Shown here in pieces: positions 1 through 10,984 of a stretch of 32,316 nt of DNA (position 1 is the first letter of the stretch; each line of letters begins with the position of its first letter). A model generated the notes under the pieces. The model did no database searches. It was not told the origin of the DNA and saw nothing but the letters and a program-made list of their open reading frames with translations. Origin of the DNA: Octopus bimaculoides (Eukaryota); NCBI RefSeq assembly GCF_001194135.2, contig NC_068983.1:87383778-87416093 (forward strand). The letters are read 5' to 3'. The position numbers and the translations under genes are program-made.

Positions 1-325
1 TGTGATTTCTGCAATGTGGTGCATAAATTGTCAAGTAAATGAGACGCATCTTTGCTTCCACTGATTCACTTGCAAAGTGTTGAGTAAAATTATTTCGTTG
101 CAGACTTCCTTTGAGTCTTTTTATTATCACTGCGGCACATAGTCCCCAGTTGGTAACATTGATTTCAAGGCCTTCCCAGATGAGAGACTGGCATTCCACT
201 TCATGTCTATGTTCCATGCTGGCATGGATTGGAGAGTTATTAATGTAGAAATATGGTATCGTAGCTACTAACAGTTGAGGGTTGCGTAGTCTAGACGGCG
301 TTTTTAGATTTCATTATTCTCTTTA

Positions 326-354
326 ACCCGGGTAAAGCCGGGTATTTCTGCTAG
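326..354 (+). mobile_element. Helitron-type 3' terminus (hairpin + CTAG)
   Basis: ACCCGG-gtaaag-CCGGGT stem (326-343), 7 nt, then CTAG (351-354) followed by T. This is the canonical Helitron 3' end architecture; a near-identical copy lies at 14484-14512. Confidence 0.6.
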
Positions 355-376
355 TATATATATATATTTATATATA

Positions 377-479
377 GGATCGACTTCTCAGTCTCCATTT
401 ACCAAATTCACTCACAAGGCTTTGGATGGACCCGGGGCTATAGTAGAAAACACCTGCTCAATGTGAAGCGCAGTGGGAC
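377..479 (-). mobile_element. tRNA-derived SINE family 1, core fragment
   Basis: Reverse complement matches the core of the SINE at 1850-2250 (gtcccactgcg...ttctactatagcc...gccttgtgagtg.atttggta). Confidence 0.75.
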
Positions 480-814
480 AATGATTCTGCCAATTTGCCA
501 CTGTACATTTGTATATCTTTTAGTCCCTAAGTATCGGGCAAAGTATTTATAAGGCTATACTTCACTGAGAAGGTCTAATAATACCGAAACATGCCCGAAA
601 TAATCATCATATTGGCCAAGATGAGACACACTCCCCATTGCATGCTCCGCATTCAATTTCTAAAAAAATAACTTGGATTTCGGAGTTATCTGCTTTCCTA
701 AACCAGAATCAATTAATATGCTAATGATATTTCCTACTCACTATGAGTTAACATTTTTTGGTCCACGTCACTACATTAAATATTTTAACCTCTAATTAAT
801 TATCTATCTTTTGT

Positions 815-995
815 ATCTTATTTGCACAGTCATTGGACTGCGGTCATACTGGGGCACCACCTTAACGGGTTTAATCGAACATATCAACTCCTGTACTAAT
901 TTTTCAAAGTCAAGTACTTTTCTATCGGTTTTCTTTTGCTGAATCGCTAAGTAACAAACCAACACCGGTTGTCAATCGGTGGTAGGGACATACAT

Positions 996-1056
<61 letters not shown>

Positions 1057-1199
1057 ATGGGCTTACATAGAGTTTTTCGTCTACCAAATTAACTCACAAG
1101 GAATCGGTCGGTTCAGGGGTATAGTAGAAGACATTTGCCCAAAGTGTTGCACAATGTGCTTGAATCGGAAACCATGTGGTTACAAAGCTAGTTTCTTAA
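815..1199 (-). mobile_element. tRNA-derived SINE family 1, near full length, with internal (CA)n
   Basis: Colinear reverse-complement similarity to 1850-2250: head, core, internal microsatellite and cagtcatt tail. Confidence 0.85.
998..1056. repeat. (CA)n microsatellite inside SINE
   Basis: Seen directly. Confidence 0.98.
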
Positions 1200-1243
1200 T
1201 AACGATTTTATGTTTGTTTGTTTGTTTGTTTGTTTTCCATGTA

Positions 1244-1640
1244 TCAGGTCATCCCATCTTTTTTGTCCGAATTTTGACTAAAGAAAACAAATGATCAAAT
1301 GTTATATTTAATTGAAATTTAATCATCAATGTACTTTCCCTGATTATCTATGACTTCCTTCGATCTATTTATAAGCTTTTTAATCTCATCAATAACCCTT
1401 TTGGTTTCAAAGTGAAGAACTCTGAAATGTCAGTTTCGACCCCCTCCTGGCTTGCGAAAGTTATGTCCCCCAAATGATCCTGTAAACTACGAAACAAATG
1501 GTAGTCTGAAGGAGCAAGGTCGGGAGAATAAGGTGGATGAGGAATTTTTCCCCAATTTTTTCGATCTTCTGTGGTATGATATTTGCAGTGTGGGGTCGCG
1601 CATTGTCCTGATGAACAGTTCATTCAAGATAATTTGTACA
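1244..1640 (-). mobile_element. Mariner transposase 3' remnant (frameshifted pseudogene) with probable terminal inverted repeat
   Basis: Minus-strand translation across frameshifts gives VHQDNARPHTA, PHPPYSPDLAPSDYHLFRSL and KEVIDNQGKYIDD*, i.e. the second and third catalytic Asp motifs and the C-terminus. TA at 1242-1243 precedes a TIR-like tcaggtcatccca. Confidence 0.9.
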
Positions 1641-1752
1641 TTTTTACAAACTGCAATTTTTTTGCGAGAAATATCAGTTGGGAAAATTTAAAAACACTTA
1701 TCTCAGGATAGCAAATAAACCTGGTCTGATTTAAATCAACAATTGTCGATCA

Positions 1753-1838
1753 TCTCGTCCGATCACCGAAGTTAAGCAACGTCGAGTCTAGTGAGTTCTT
1801 AGATGGTTGACCGCTTGGGAAACTTAGGAGCTGTAAGT
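1753..1838 (+). pseudogene. 5'-truncated 5S rRNA pseudogene (about nt 34-118 of 5S)
   Basis: tctcgtccgatcaccgaagttaagcaacgtcg...gatggttgaccgcttgggaa...gctgta matches invertebrate 5S, including A-box-like (1770-1784) and C-box-like (1801-1819) segments. The first ~33 nt of 5S are absent and there are several substitutions. Confidence 0.85.
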
Positions 1839-1849
1839 GTCACACATAA

Positions 1850-2250
1850 GTGCAGGAGTGGCTGTGTGGTAAGTAGCTTGCTTACCAACCACATGGTTCC
1901 GGGTTCAGTCCCACCGCGTGGCACTTTGGCAAGTGTCTTCTACTATAGCCTCGGGCCGACCAAAGCCTTGTGAGTGGATTTGGTAGACGGAAACTGAAAA
2001 AGGCTCGTCGTATATATGTATATGCATATATGTGTGTGTGTTTGTGTGTCTGCGTTTGTCCCCCCAACATCGCTTGGAAATCGATGCTAGTGTGTTTAAA
2101 TTCCCGTAACTTAGCGGTTCGGCTAAAGAGACTGATAGAATAAGTACTAGGCTTACAAAGAATAAGTCCTGGGGTCGATTTGCTCGACAAAAGGCGGTGC
2201 TCCAGCATGGCCGCAGTCGAATGACTGAAACAACTAAAAGAGTAAAAGAG
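1850..2250 (+). mobile_element. tRNA-derived SINE family 1, full length
   Basis: Pol III A-box-like tggctgtgtggtaag, B-box-like gggttcagtcc, CORE-like ggcactttggcaagtgtctt, internal (TA)/(TG), and (taaaagag) tail. Multiple copies occur in the window. Confidence 0.9.
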
Positions 2251-2401
2251 ATAACTTTTAATCATAAGGGTAAATTCACCCTCCCCTCCCCCCAAATTGC
2301 ATAAAATTGCTTTAAAGCGCGGGTTTATGCTACATCCCCCCCACCCCCGTGGTATGTCTTTTAACTAGACTGTCTATTGTACATGGAATGCACGTGTCTT
2401 C

Positions 2402-2486
2402 AAGGGTCCGGGAACAGGGGGTGCAGGTGGTGCTCTTACACCCCCTAAAATTTTTAGGGGCTGCAAAATCAAAATTTGCACCCCCT
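2402..2486. repeat. Nested palindrome, possible DNA-transposon end
   Basis: agggggtgca (2416-2425) pairs with tgcaccccct (2477-2486) and encloses the perfect palindrome cccctaaaa-t-ttttagggg (2442-2460). Confidence 0.4.
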
Positions 2487-3114
2487 ACATACTTTGTCAG
2501 GTTTAGAAAATAGTGTCTAAAAAGTGATCTGTAAAAAGTTGCTTGAAATTAGGTTCTCAAAATAAGAACAAAAGGACAAAAATATATAAATAAAAAGTCG
2601 GACATGTTTACTAATGAAGCTGGTCATAAAATTCACAAGGGAATTCTCCATAATGAAAACCCTTCACTGTCCAGCTATCCACATTCTTCATTTTCTCTTA
2701 ATACTACAACTGACCCATCATCATCATCGCCATAATATTCAACTGCTACAACCCTAACCACTACTACTATCAGGCCTTTCTTCCCACCACTGTCCACCTC
2801 AATTTGAATGTCTACCTCACAGATCCAGGATAAATTTGGTAACTATAAATAATGTATAATCTATAAACGCATGATACCCCAAAATATGCCAGTTTTCTCA
2901 ATGCAGGAGACTATGCATACACAGTAACTGCAATTTTACTCATTTACCTGGGACAAAACACTCCATTCGTACAAGCGCCACCAGCCAACGCCAAAACACA
3001 CATCTTACGCTGCCGCTTTAGTCACCGCCACACTCCCTCCGCCCACCACTTGTATGTGATTTTTCAGATTGCTACCTTCTGTGCAATTTTTATATACAGG
3101 TTGTCTACTTCACT

Positions 3115-3150
3115 GTGTGTGTGTGTGCATACATACGTATATACATATAA

Positions 3151-3195
<45 letters not shown>

Positions 3196-3318
3196 CACAC
3201 ACATATATATACATATACATGCATGCATATATATATATATATACATACATACACGCATGCATGCATACATACATACATACATACATATATACATACATAC
3301 ATACATGCATATATATAC
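3115..3318. repeat. Compound (TG)/(CA)/(TA)/(TACA) microsatellite
   Basis: Seen directly; it explains the HTHT/CVCV/YIYI pseudo-ORFs. Confidence 0.97.
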
Positions 3319-3433
3319 TCTCTCTTTCCTTTCCCGAGCGTCTAGTAACATAATCTGTATCACGTCTTCATGTTTTTTCTTGTTGTTTTCTTGTCTTTTT
3401 CCTTTTTTGAACTTATATATACATATATATATA

Positions 3434-4730
3434 TCTTAGCTGCTTTCTCGTATACGAGCAAAGCCGTTACTAGAAAGACTCATTGAAATGAGTCAATGTT
3501 GATGCAATGTGAGGCCCTTTTATCACTCCTGAGCCCGGTGAAAGTTTTGCACATTCTATTACATAATGCACAGCTCTGATAGCTGGTAGAAGGAACAGGT
3601 ACCACAGTATGAACTCTTTTGGCATGCCTTTTCAATCCTCCAACCGAGAGGCATACCTTTCCACATGTACATGTTCTGGTGTGAACAATAACCATATCAC
3701 AGTTTACTATGGGTCGATTCCTGTGAGTTCTCTGATGGCTGACCAGGCTCACAAGACTCAAGCACATCCTCCCACAAACCACACCCACGAAACTCAACAC
3801 TCCCTCTTTTTCCACAGGTTCATTTCTTCTAAGCCTTCTCCTAATCTTGTCTTTATTCTCTCTCTTTCAAACCTCAAACAATCACTGTGCACTTCTTTCC
3901 TCCATCCATCTCGGTCTTATACCCCCCTCTCCCAATCAACGAATGAAATTCCTGTGTGTGTCAGAGCAATTTTGAGGCAGTCCTTGAACCTTATTTTGGG
4001 TTTATATGCTGGTCTCCTACCATCTTCCAGCTCACCATAGAAAAGATGCTTGAGAAGCATTTCATCATTCATTCTTACCAGATGTCCACCCCACCTCAAA
4101 CGAAGTTGCAGAATCATTGATTCTACATTTCTACTACCACTTCTCTCAAGTCCTTCCACATCACTGATGGCCATTTTCCAATTTATCCCAAGAATTTTTC
4201 TAAGACAATATTGATGATATCATTTCAAATGCCATAAATACCTACGATAAACAACCCATGTCTTACTACCATATAGCAAAAGTGACAGGACACGTGTTAT
4301 GAACCCCAACCTCAATTTGGAAAGATATATATTGGCGTGATCAGAGACGCCTGTAAAGCCTACCAAAGGCACTATTAGTTTTGCTGATTTTATATGAAAT
4401 TTCATCAAGACCAGCAGTGCTCAAAGTACTTCTTAAATAAATGAATTTAGTTACAACTTCTAACCTTTGAACACTCACACTTATAAAAGGTTCCACATAA
4501 AGCTTAGTGGGGGTAGGCTTGTACATTAGAACAGTTTTTTTCAAGTTGACTGTAAGGCCCAATGCTGTACATGCTACAGTAATCGCGTTCATCATGTGTT
4601 GCATATCTTCCTGGGAATGTGCTAACATGTCACAATCATCTGCATACAAAAACTCAATGATGTGAGAATGAAGAACTTTCGTTTTGGCACAAAGTCCTTT
4701 GAGGTTAAAAATTATGTTCCTGCTTATTCT
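3434..4730 (-). mobile_element. RTE-clade (BovB-like) LINE, 5'-truncated and degenerate: RT C-half, C-terminal zinc fingers, 3' UTR
   Basis: Minus-strand frames give FNLKGLCAKTK..EFLYADDC, GLTVNLKKT, LLYGSKTW, LRWGGHLVRM, RFKDCLK and C2H2-like CGKVCLSVGGLKRH. A short 3' UTR is followed by (TA)n. Confidence 0.93.
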
Positions 4731-6307
4731 AATTCTTCCATATACTTGAAGCTACGAAAATGGTGATCTTTAATTGCCGTCAATGTGTAATATACTGAGC
4801 ACCACAAACGTACACCGTCTGTGGTTATAAGAGGGATTCACTTATTTCTAATCAAGAAAGATCGTGACCATAATTGATTACGCAGCACTTCAACAATGGA
4901 GGTGGTCACATGTTGGTGTGTTGAGAACAGCAACTGCTGCTCTCCATATATTTGTTACGGCTGCGGCGATACTTCATTGTCGCTGATATGACGAATACCA
5001 CAACAGAAAGAGAAAACAAAAACCTCAGAGTCTTTGATCCCTCATATAAGATAGCCTTGTGAAGTTATCTTAGCTTATAAGAAATAAGAAGGAGTTGCGC
5101 GCTCCCGCTTATATCGCAAGGTTATTTTAGAATATAAAAATGAGCTGTGCGCTCAAAAGCTGTGCCCTTTAGTGTCTCAAACAAAATATACCCTGTGGCA
5201 AGAGGAAGTCTTAAACCATTCTGTCTGTATGAGAATGCAAAATATTGTCAAAGTTGCTGAAGATCCCTCCGGAGGGCAAAGTACCTTGTAACTCGTTGCG
5301 TGTAGATGTTTGTCAAATGTTCGTCGTGCACCNNNNNNNNNNNNNNNNNNNNNNNNNNNNNNNNNNNNNNNNNNNNNNNNNNNNNNNNNNNNNNNNNNNN
5401 NNNNNNNNNNNNNNNNNNNNNNNNNNNNNNNNNNNNNNNNNNNNNNNNNNNNNNNNNNNNNNNNNNNNNNNNNNNNNNNNNNNNNNNNNNNNNNNNNNNN
5501 NNNNNNNNNNNNNNNNNNNNNNNNNNNNNNNNNNNNNNNNNNNNNNNNNNNNNNNNNNNNNNNNNNNNNNNNNNNNNNNNNNNNNNNNNNNNNNNNNNNN
5601 NNNNNNNNNNNNNNNNNNNNNNNNNNNNNNNNNNNNNNNNNNNNNNNNNNNNNNNNNNNNNNNNNNNNNNNNNNNNNNNNNNNNNNNNNNNNNNNNNNNN
5701 NNNNNNNNNNNNNNNNNNNNNNNNNNNNNNNNNNNNNNNNNNNNNNNNNNNNNNNNNNNNNNNNNNNNNNNNNNNNNNNNNNNNNNNNNNNNNNNNNNNN
5801 NNNNNNNNNNNNNNNNNNNNNNNNNNNNNNNNNNNNNNNNNNNNNNNNNNNNNNNNNNNNNNNNNNNNNNNNNNNNNNNNNNNNNNNNNNNNNNNNNNNN
5901 NNNNNNNNNNNNNNNNNNNNNNNNNNNNNNNNNNNNNNNNNNNNNNNNNNNNNNNNNNNNNNNNNNNNNNNNNNNNNNNNNNNNNNNNNNNNNNNNNNNN
6001 NNNNNNNNNNNNNNNNNNNNNNNNNNNNNGAATGCTATGTTTATTATTTAGCTGTCTAGACTTAGATAGATGCCAATTGACGTATTTTACATGTTTCCTA
6101 CAAGTGGTCAATGACCATACCCATTCGTGGCGATTTGATGCTTCAAATCATCGAATCAGACCGCTTGCCAGACCAGCAAATGTGTAGTCTGTTTTGAGAC
6201 TACAGATAGTTATAAATAAGTAATTTCTTTGATATAGCCAGAGAGGAGAGAATTATTGCCAGAGATGTTTGACGCCATGCTTTGTGTTTATCCCGCGTAT
6301 ATCACCA
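4725..6307. repeat. Unidentified locally repeated unit, copy 1 (contains a 697-N gap)
   Basis: Starts cttccatatacttgaagctac and is colinear with 8966-9595 and 11496-12435. Confidence 0.85.
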
Positions 6308-6317
6308 NNNNNNNNNN

Positions 6318-6467
6318 TAAGAAGGAGTTGCGCGCTCCCGCTTATATCGCAAGGTTATTTTAGAATACAAAAATGAGCTGTGCTCTCAAAAGCTGTGCTC
6401 TTTAGTGTCTCAAACAAAATATACCCTGTGGCAAGAGGAAGTCTTAAACCATTCTCTTTGTATGAGA
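6318..6467. repeat. Partial extra copy of the unit
   Basis: 150 bp matching 5085-5234 with 5 substitutions counted by eye; lies between 10-N gaps. Confidence 0.85.
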
Positions 6468-6984
6468 GTGGTCTGTCCTAAATCACTTTCCATACCAAGC
6501 ANNNNNNNNNNGGAAGTCTTAAACCATTCTCTTTGTATGAGAGTGGTCTGTCCTAAATCACTTTCCATACCAAGCAAACTTGGTAGGGTCGCCAGTCTAG
6601 TCGCCGACAAACATCATGCATCAGTTTACAAAGTACCAGTAGCGCTATCAAACGAACTATTTAAACATAATTCAAATGTACAGAAAATAAGACAGAGACA
6701 AGGGAGGCAACAATATTTACCTTAGAAAGTATATCAAAGAAAAGAGATTGGTTGAAATTGCGATCAAATAGGTGGGTTTTTATATTACTGAGACACATAG
6801 TGGTTTCATGTTCCTCATTTTGAATAGTATAAGTACCAGAGGTTCCTGCCTTACTGCATAAGGGTTGATACAACTGGAAGTAAGAAACTTCGGACAATTT
6901 AAATGAACTGAAGTTTATGGGCAAAAGTAACTTCAAGGAAGCCCACAACCAAGTTTGCGTGCGCGCGTCTATGTATGTGTGTGT

Positions 6985-7009
6985 TTGACAGCGAGAGAGA
7001 GAGAGAGAG

Positions 7010-7055
<46 letters not shown>

Positions 7056-7073
7056 TAGATAGAGAGAGAGAGA
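6985..7073. repeat. (GA)n-rich microsatellite
   Basis: Seen directly. Confidence 0.95.
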
Positions 7074-7271
7074 AACAGCATATGAACAACATTTTTAGTC
7101 CCAAACATATTGTACACATAACCAAAGCCGTATTGTCAAATTGCGCTTGCAACTATAGTGAATATATGAAAATTATCGAACAATTAATGAAGCAACTACA
7201 GAAGGTGTTTAAGAACTCAAAAGTGCACAAAACGGCAGACCCACACAATTGTGTCCCCGACTTTGTTTCCT

Positions 7272-7606
7272 GATAACTTCATGAAAAATGTGTATAATTT
7301 TAATAAAATTTTCTACAAATACTTCTCAGAAGGTACAGATTACGATTATACCGGAATTTAATGTGAAAAAACACAAGGAGAAAAAATTCGCGAAATTACA
7401 CACACATATACTGACACACAACGTATATATATCCACAAAATGGAACTTGAAATTTTGAATATATATTGGGATGTATGTCAGTACGTATGTGTGCGCGACC
7501 TGTATTTTTTTCGCGCTAAATTCTGATGTAGTCGTAATGTATGCTATCGGAGAGATATTTGTAGAATATTTCCTTAAACGATATCCATTTTGACTGAAAG
7601 TTGTAA
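7272..7606. mobile_element. Degenerate foldback / MITE-like long inverted repeat
   Basis: ttctacaaatacttctcagaaggtacagattacgattataccggaattta aligns to the reverse complement of taaattctgatgtagtcgtaatgtatgctatcggagagatatttgtagaa. The arms extend inward to ~7440-7452. Confidence 0.75.
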
Positions 7607-8087
7607 GGGCACACCTGTGAGGGTCTGCTCAAAATATCCCCACAAACACCAAAAACAAGGTGAAGATGACTCTGACTTCACTCTAGTCTTCAGGTGTCCG
7701 GGTACGTCCCCCGACGCACACATTCCCTAGCCTCTAATCACCGCGAAAGGTTGAAAGAGACTGAATATTATTAGAAACGAAGGTCTTGGAGAAAACGTTT
7801 CCGATATTGTGACGTCATAATGACAATATGAAGAAATATAGAAATCTCTGGACTAGACGAAAAATTCTTGAATGAATTTCACACATAGACGCTAGACGCG
7901 CACGCACACAATAGCACACAGAGACACACATGTACACAAACAAATATTCATATATATGATACATGCATTTACATAAATGTGTATGCATGTGTATAGGTGT
8001 GTGTGTGTGTGTTTGTGTGGATATGTGCGTGTGTGTGTCTGTGTGTGTGTGTGTACCTATCTGTCTGTTAACATATACAGATATATA

Positions 8088-8298
8088 GGCGGTGAGCTGG
8101 CAAAATCATTCGCTCGCCGGGCGAAATGTTTAGCGGCATTTCGTCCGTCTTCATATTGTGAGTTCAAATTCCGCCGGGGTCTACATTGCTTTTCATCCTT
8201 TCCGGGTCGATAAAATAAGTACCAATTGAGCACTGGGGTCGACGTAATGGACTTGCCCACTCCTCGGCAATTACTGGCCATCTGTCAAAATTTGAAAT
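8088..8298 (+). mobile_element. tRNA-derived SINE family 2
   Basis: ggcggtgagctggca head, gagttcaaattcc B-box, central tttcatcctt..gggtcgataaaataagtacca domain, caaaatttgaaa tail. Confidence 0.85.
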
Positions 8299-8316
8299 TA
8301 ATATATAATACTTAGC

Positions 8317-8528
8317 GGCAGCGAGCTGGCAAGATGGTTAGCATGCTGAGGCAAAATGACTGACGGCATTTCTTTCGTCTTTACCTTCTGAGTTCAAACG
8401 CTGCCGGGATTGACTTTGTCTTTCATCCTTTCAGGGTCAATAACATAATTACCAGTTGAACACTGGGGTCGATGAAATCGAGAATCCCCTACCACCGAAA
8501 TTGTGGGCTTGTGCCAAAATTTGAAACC
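8317..8528 (+). mobile_element. tRNA-derived SINE family 2, tandem second copy
   Basis: Colinear with 8088-8298. Confidence 0.8.
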
Positions 8529-8579
8529 AATATATACAGGTGTTTGTGTATTTATGTGTAGTTTATTTGTGTATGTAAA

Positions 8580-8965
8580 TCTCGACTCATCTTTTTCATC
8601 CGCTGGAAGTGTTATGGGGTAGAATCCTTGAGCCCATCTTTCATCGGATTCCGTCAGAAGCTACCGTGTCCAGTAGAACCTGCTGGAACTCCCAAAGAGA
8701 CCAACATTGCGCATGGATGTTATCCAAGCAACCTCCTCATGGTCTACCCCTGGGATTCCTCACGTTTTCATATTTTGCCCGTAAGGCTTGTCTATCGATT
8801 CTTTCTTGAGGCATTCTTACCACATTTCCTTAGAATCGGAGCTGTGATCTCCCGATTCGGAGAAGTAGAGGGTCTACCTGGAACATCTCTCTGATGTCCA
8901 GGCTACGCACTCAACAGAGTAACGTGATCGTATTCTTTCTGTTATTAGCCATGAGGATCAAAACT
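8580..8965 (-). mobile_element. RTE-clade LINE 3' fragment
   Basis: Minus translation gives WLITERIRSR and VRSLDIREMFQVDPLLLRIGRSQLRF*GNVVRMPQERI..PRGRP*, typical of an RTE C-terminus. Confidence 0.8.
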
Positions 8966-9803
8966 GCTTCCGCTTATTCTACCTCTTCCATATACTTGAA
9001 GCTACAAAAACGGAGATCTTACATTGCCGTTAATATTTATTACACCGAGCACCACAAGATTTCGCCGTCTTTGATTATCGGAGGTATTCACTTATTTATA
9101 ATCAAGAATGATCATGACAATAATTGATTACGCACGATGAGGTCACATGATGGTGTGCTGAAAACTGCGACTACCGCTCTCCATATATTTGTTACGGCTG
9201 TTGCGGTACTTCATTGGTGCTGATATGCTGAATACCACAATGGATAAAGAAAAGGAAAGCTTCAAACTCTTTGATCCCTCACATACGATAGCCTTGCGAG
9301 TTTATCGTAAATTATAAGGAGTTGCGCACTCCTTCTTATATCGCAAAGTTATCTCAAAATATAAGTTGGAGCTGTGCGTTAAAAAACTGCACCCTCTGGT
9401 GTCTCACCACCCTGTGGCAAGTGAAAGACTTGCAACCATTCCCCTCTATATGAGAGTGCAAAATATTGTTAATGTTGTTAAGATCTCTCCGGAGCGCAAT
9501 GTACCTTGTAATTCGTTGCGTGTAGATGTTTGTCAGATGTTTGTGGTGCACCATCTCTTGTAATCCAGATGGAGGGTATGATTTCATTTTTACTTNNNNN
9601 NNNNNACATACGATAGCCTTGCGAGTTTATCGTAAATTATAAGGAGTTGCGCACTCCTTCTTATATCGCAAAGTTATCTCAAAATATAAGTTGGAGCTGT
9701 GCGTTAAAAAACTGCACCCTCTGGTGTCTCAGCACACTGTGGCAAGTGAAAGTCTTGTACCATTCTGTTTGTATGAGAGTGAAAAAGATTGTTAATGTTG
9801 TTG
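8966..9803. repeat. Unidentified unit, copy 2 (plus partial repeat at 9606-9803)
   Basis: Colinear with copies 1 and 3; 9281-9406 is identical to 9606-9731. Confidence 0.85.
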
Positions 9804-10689
9804 NNNNNNNNNNATCAGATTATAATAAAACCAGGGCCGTAGCTACATTTTCTTTTTCACCAGCTAAAGAGGAAGAATGAGCATGCATCTAAACATATAC
9901 ACACATATTTAATGTCTATATGTATATAGTGACTCTCACACACACAGGCACACATACACTAAGGCAAACAAACACACACACGCACAAACGTGCACATACG
10001 TACACACACGTATACGCATGGATGTATGTATTTATGAAAGCATGTGTGAGTGTGAAGTCGACTTGAAAATAATTTATTTACGTATGGTTAATGTATATGC
10101 CCACCGTTTACAAGTGTCCATCATTACTTTATACATACACATGCACATACATAAGACAGTAGGATGTATTTTCAAAGAGATTGGTAAAAGCACATCCTTA
10201 ACATAGCTAGGACCACATTTCAAAGACTCTCATGTCTCCTGAGGCTCAGAAGACATTCTTCCCTCTATCAATTACCGTTACTCTACAACGGATGTCTGTG
10301 TGTGCGGGCNNNNNNNNNNNNNNNNNNNNNNNNNNNNNNNNNNNNNNNNNNNNNNNNNNNNNNNNNNNNNNNNNNNNNNNNNNNNNNNNNNNNNNNNNNN
10401 NNNNNNNNNNNNNNNNNNNNNNNNNNNNNNNNNNNNNNNNNNNNNNNNNNNNNNNNNNNNNNNNNNNNNNNNNNNNNNNNNNNNNNNNNNNNNNNNNNNN
10501 NNNNNNNNNNNNNNNNNNNNNNNNNNNNNNNNNNNNNNNNNNNNNNNNNNNNNNNNNNNNNNNNNNNNNNNNNNNNNNNNNNNNNNNNNNNNNNNNNNNN
10601 NNNNNNNNNNNNNNNNNNNNNNNNNNNNNNNNNNNNNNNNNNNNNNNNNNNNNNNNNNNNNNNNNNNNNNNNNNNNNNNNNATCTATAT

Positions 10690-10938
10690 AATTGACTTAT
10701 CCCCTCCCCCGAAATTACTGTCCTTCTGTCAAAATTTGAAATCAATATATACAGACCTAGATGCAGCGAGCTGGCAGAGTGGTTAGCATGCCGGGCAAAT
10801 TGCCTTTCTTTCGTCTTCACCTTCTGAGTTCAAATACTACCGGGGTCGGCTCTGTCTTTCATCTTTGTAGGGCAATAAAATATGTACCACTTTAACACTG
10901 GAGTCGATGTCATCGAGTTTCCCTCTCCACCGAAAACA
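10690..10938 (+). mobile_element. SINE family 2 tail plus second SINE family 2 copy (paralogous to 8240-8528)
   Basis: Tail ctgtcaaaatttgaaatcaa at ~10725-10745, then a gcagcgagctggcagagtggttagc head at 10763. Confidence 0.75.
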
Positions 10939-10984
10939 ATATACACAGGTATATGTGTTTATGTGTGGATTATTTGTGCATGTA

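Noticed and set aside
1-310. Minus-strand frame open for ~103 codons running off the window edge (…RLIYLTIYAPH…)
   Set aside because: It overlaps an RTE-tail-like fragment (212-233) and has no convincing motif beyond YAP. Frames of this length are expected occasionally by chance; the flanking sequence would be needed.
1753-1838. Functional 5S rRNA gene
   Set aside because: The 5' third is missing, there are multiple substitutions, and no oligo-T terminator follows.
7810-7817. TGACGTCA (CRE) palindrome
   Set aside because: A single 8-mer with no adjacent gene or TSS evidence; about one is expected by chance in windows of this order.
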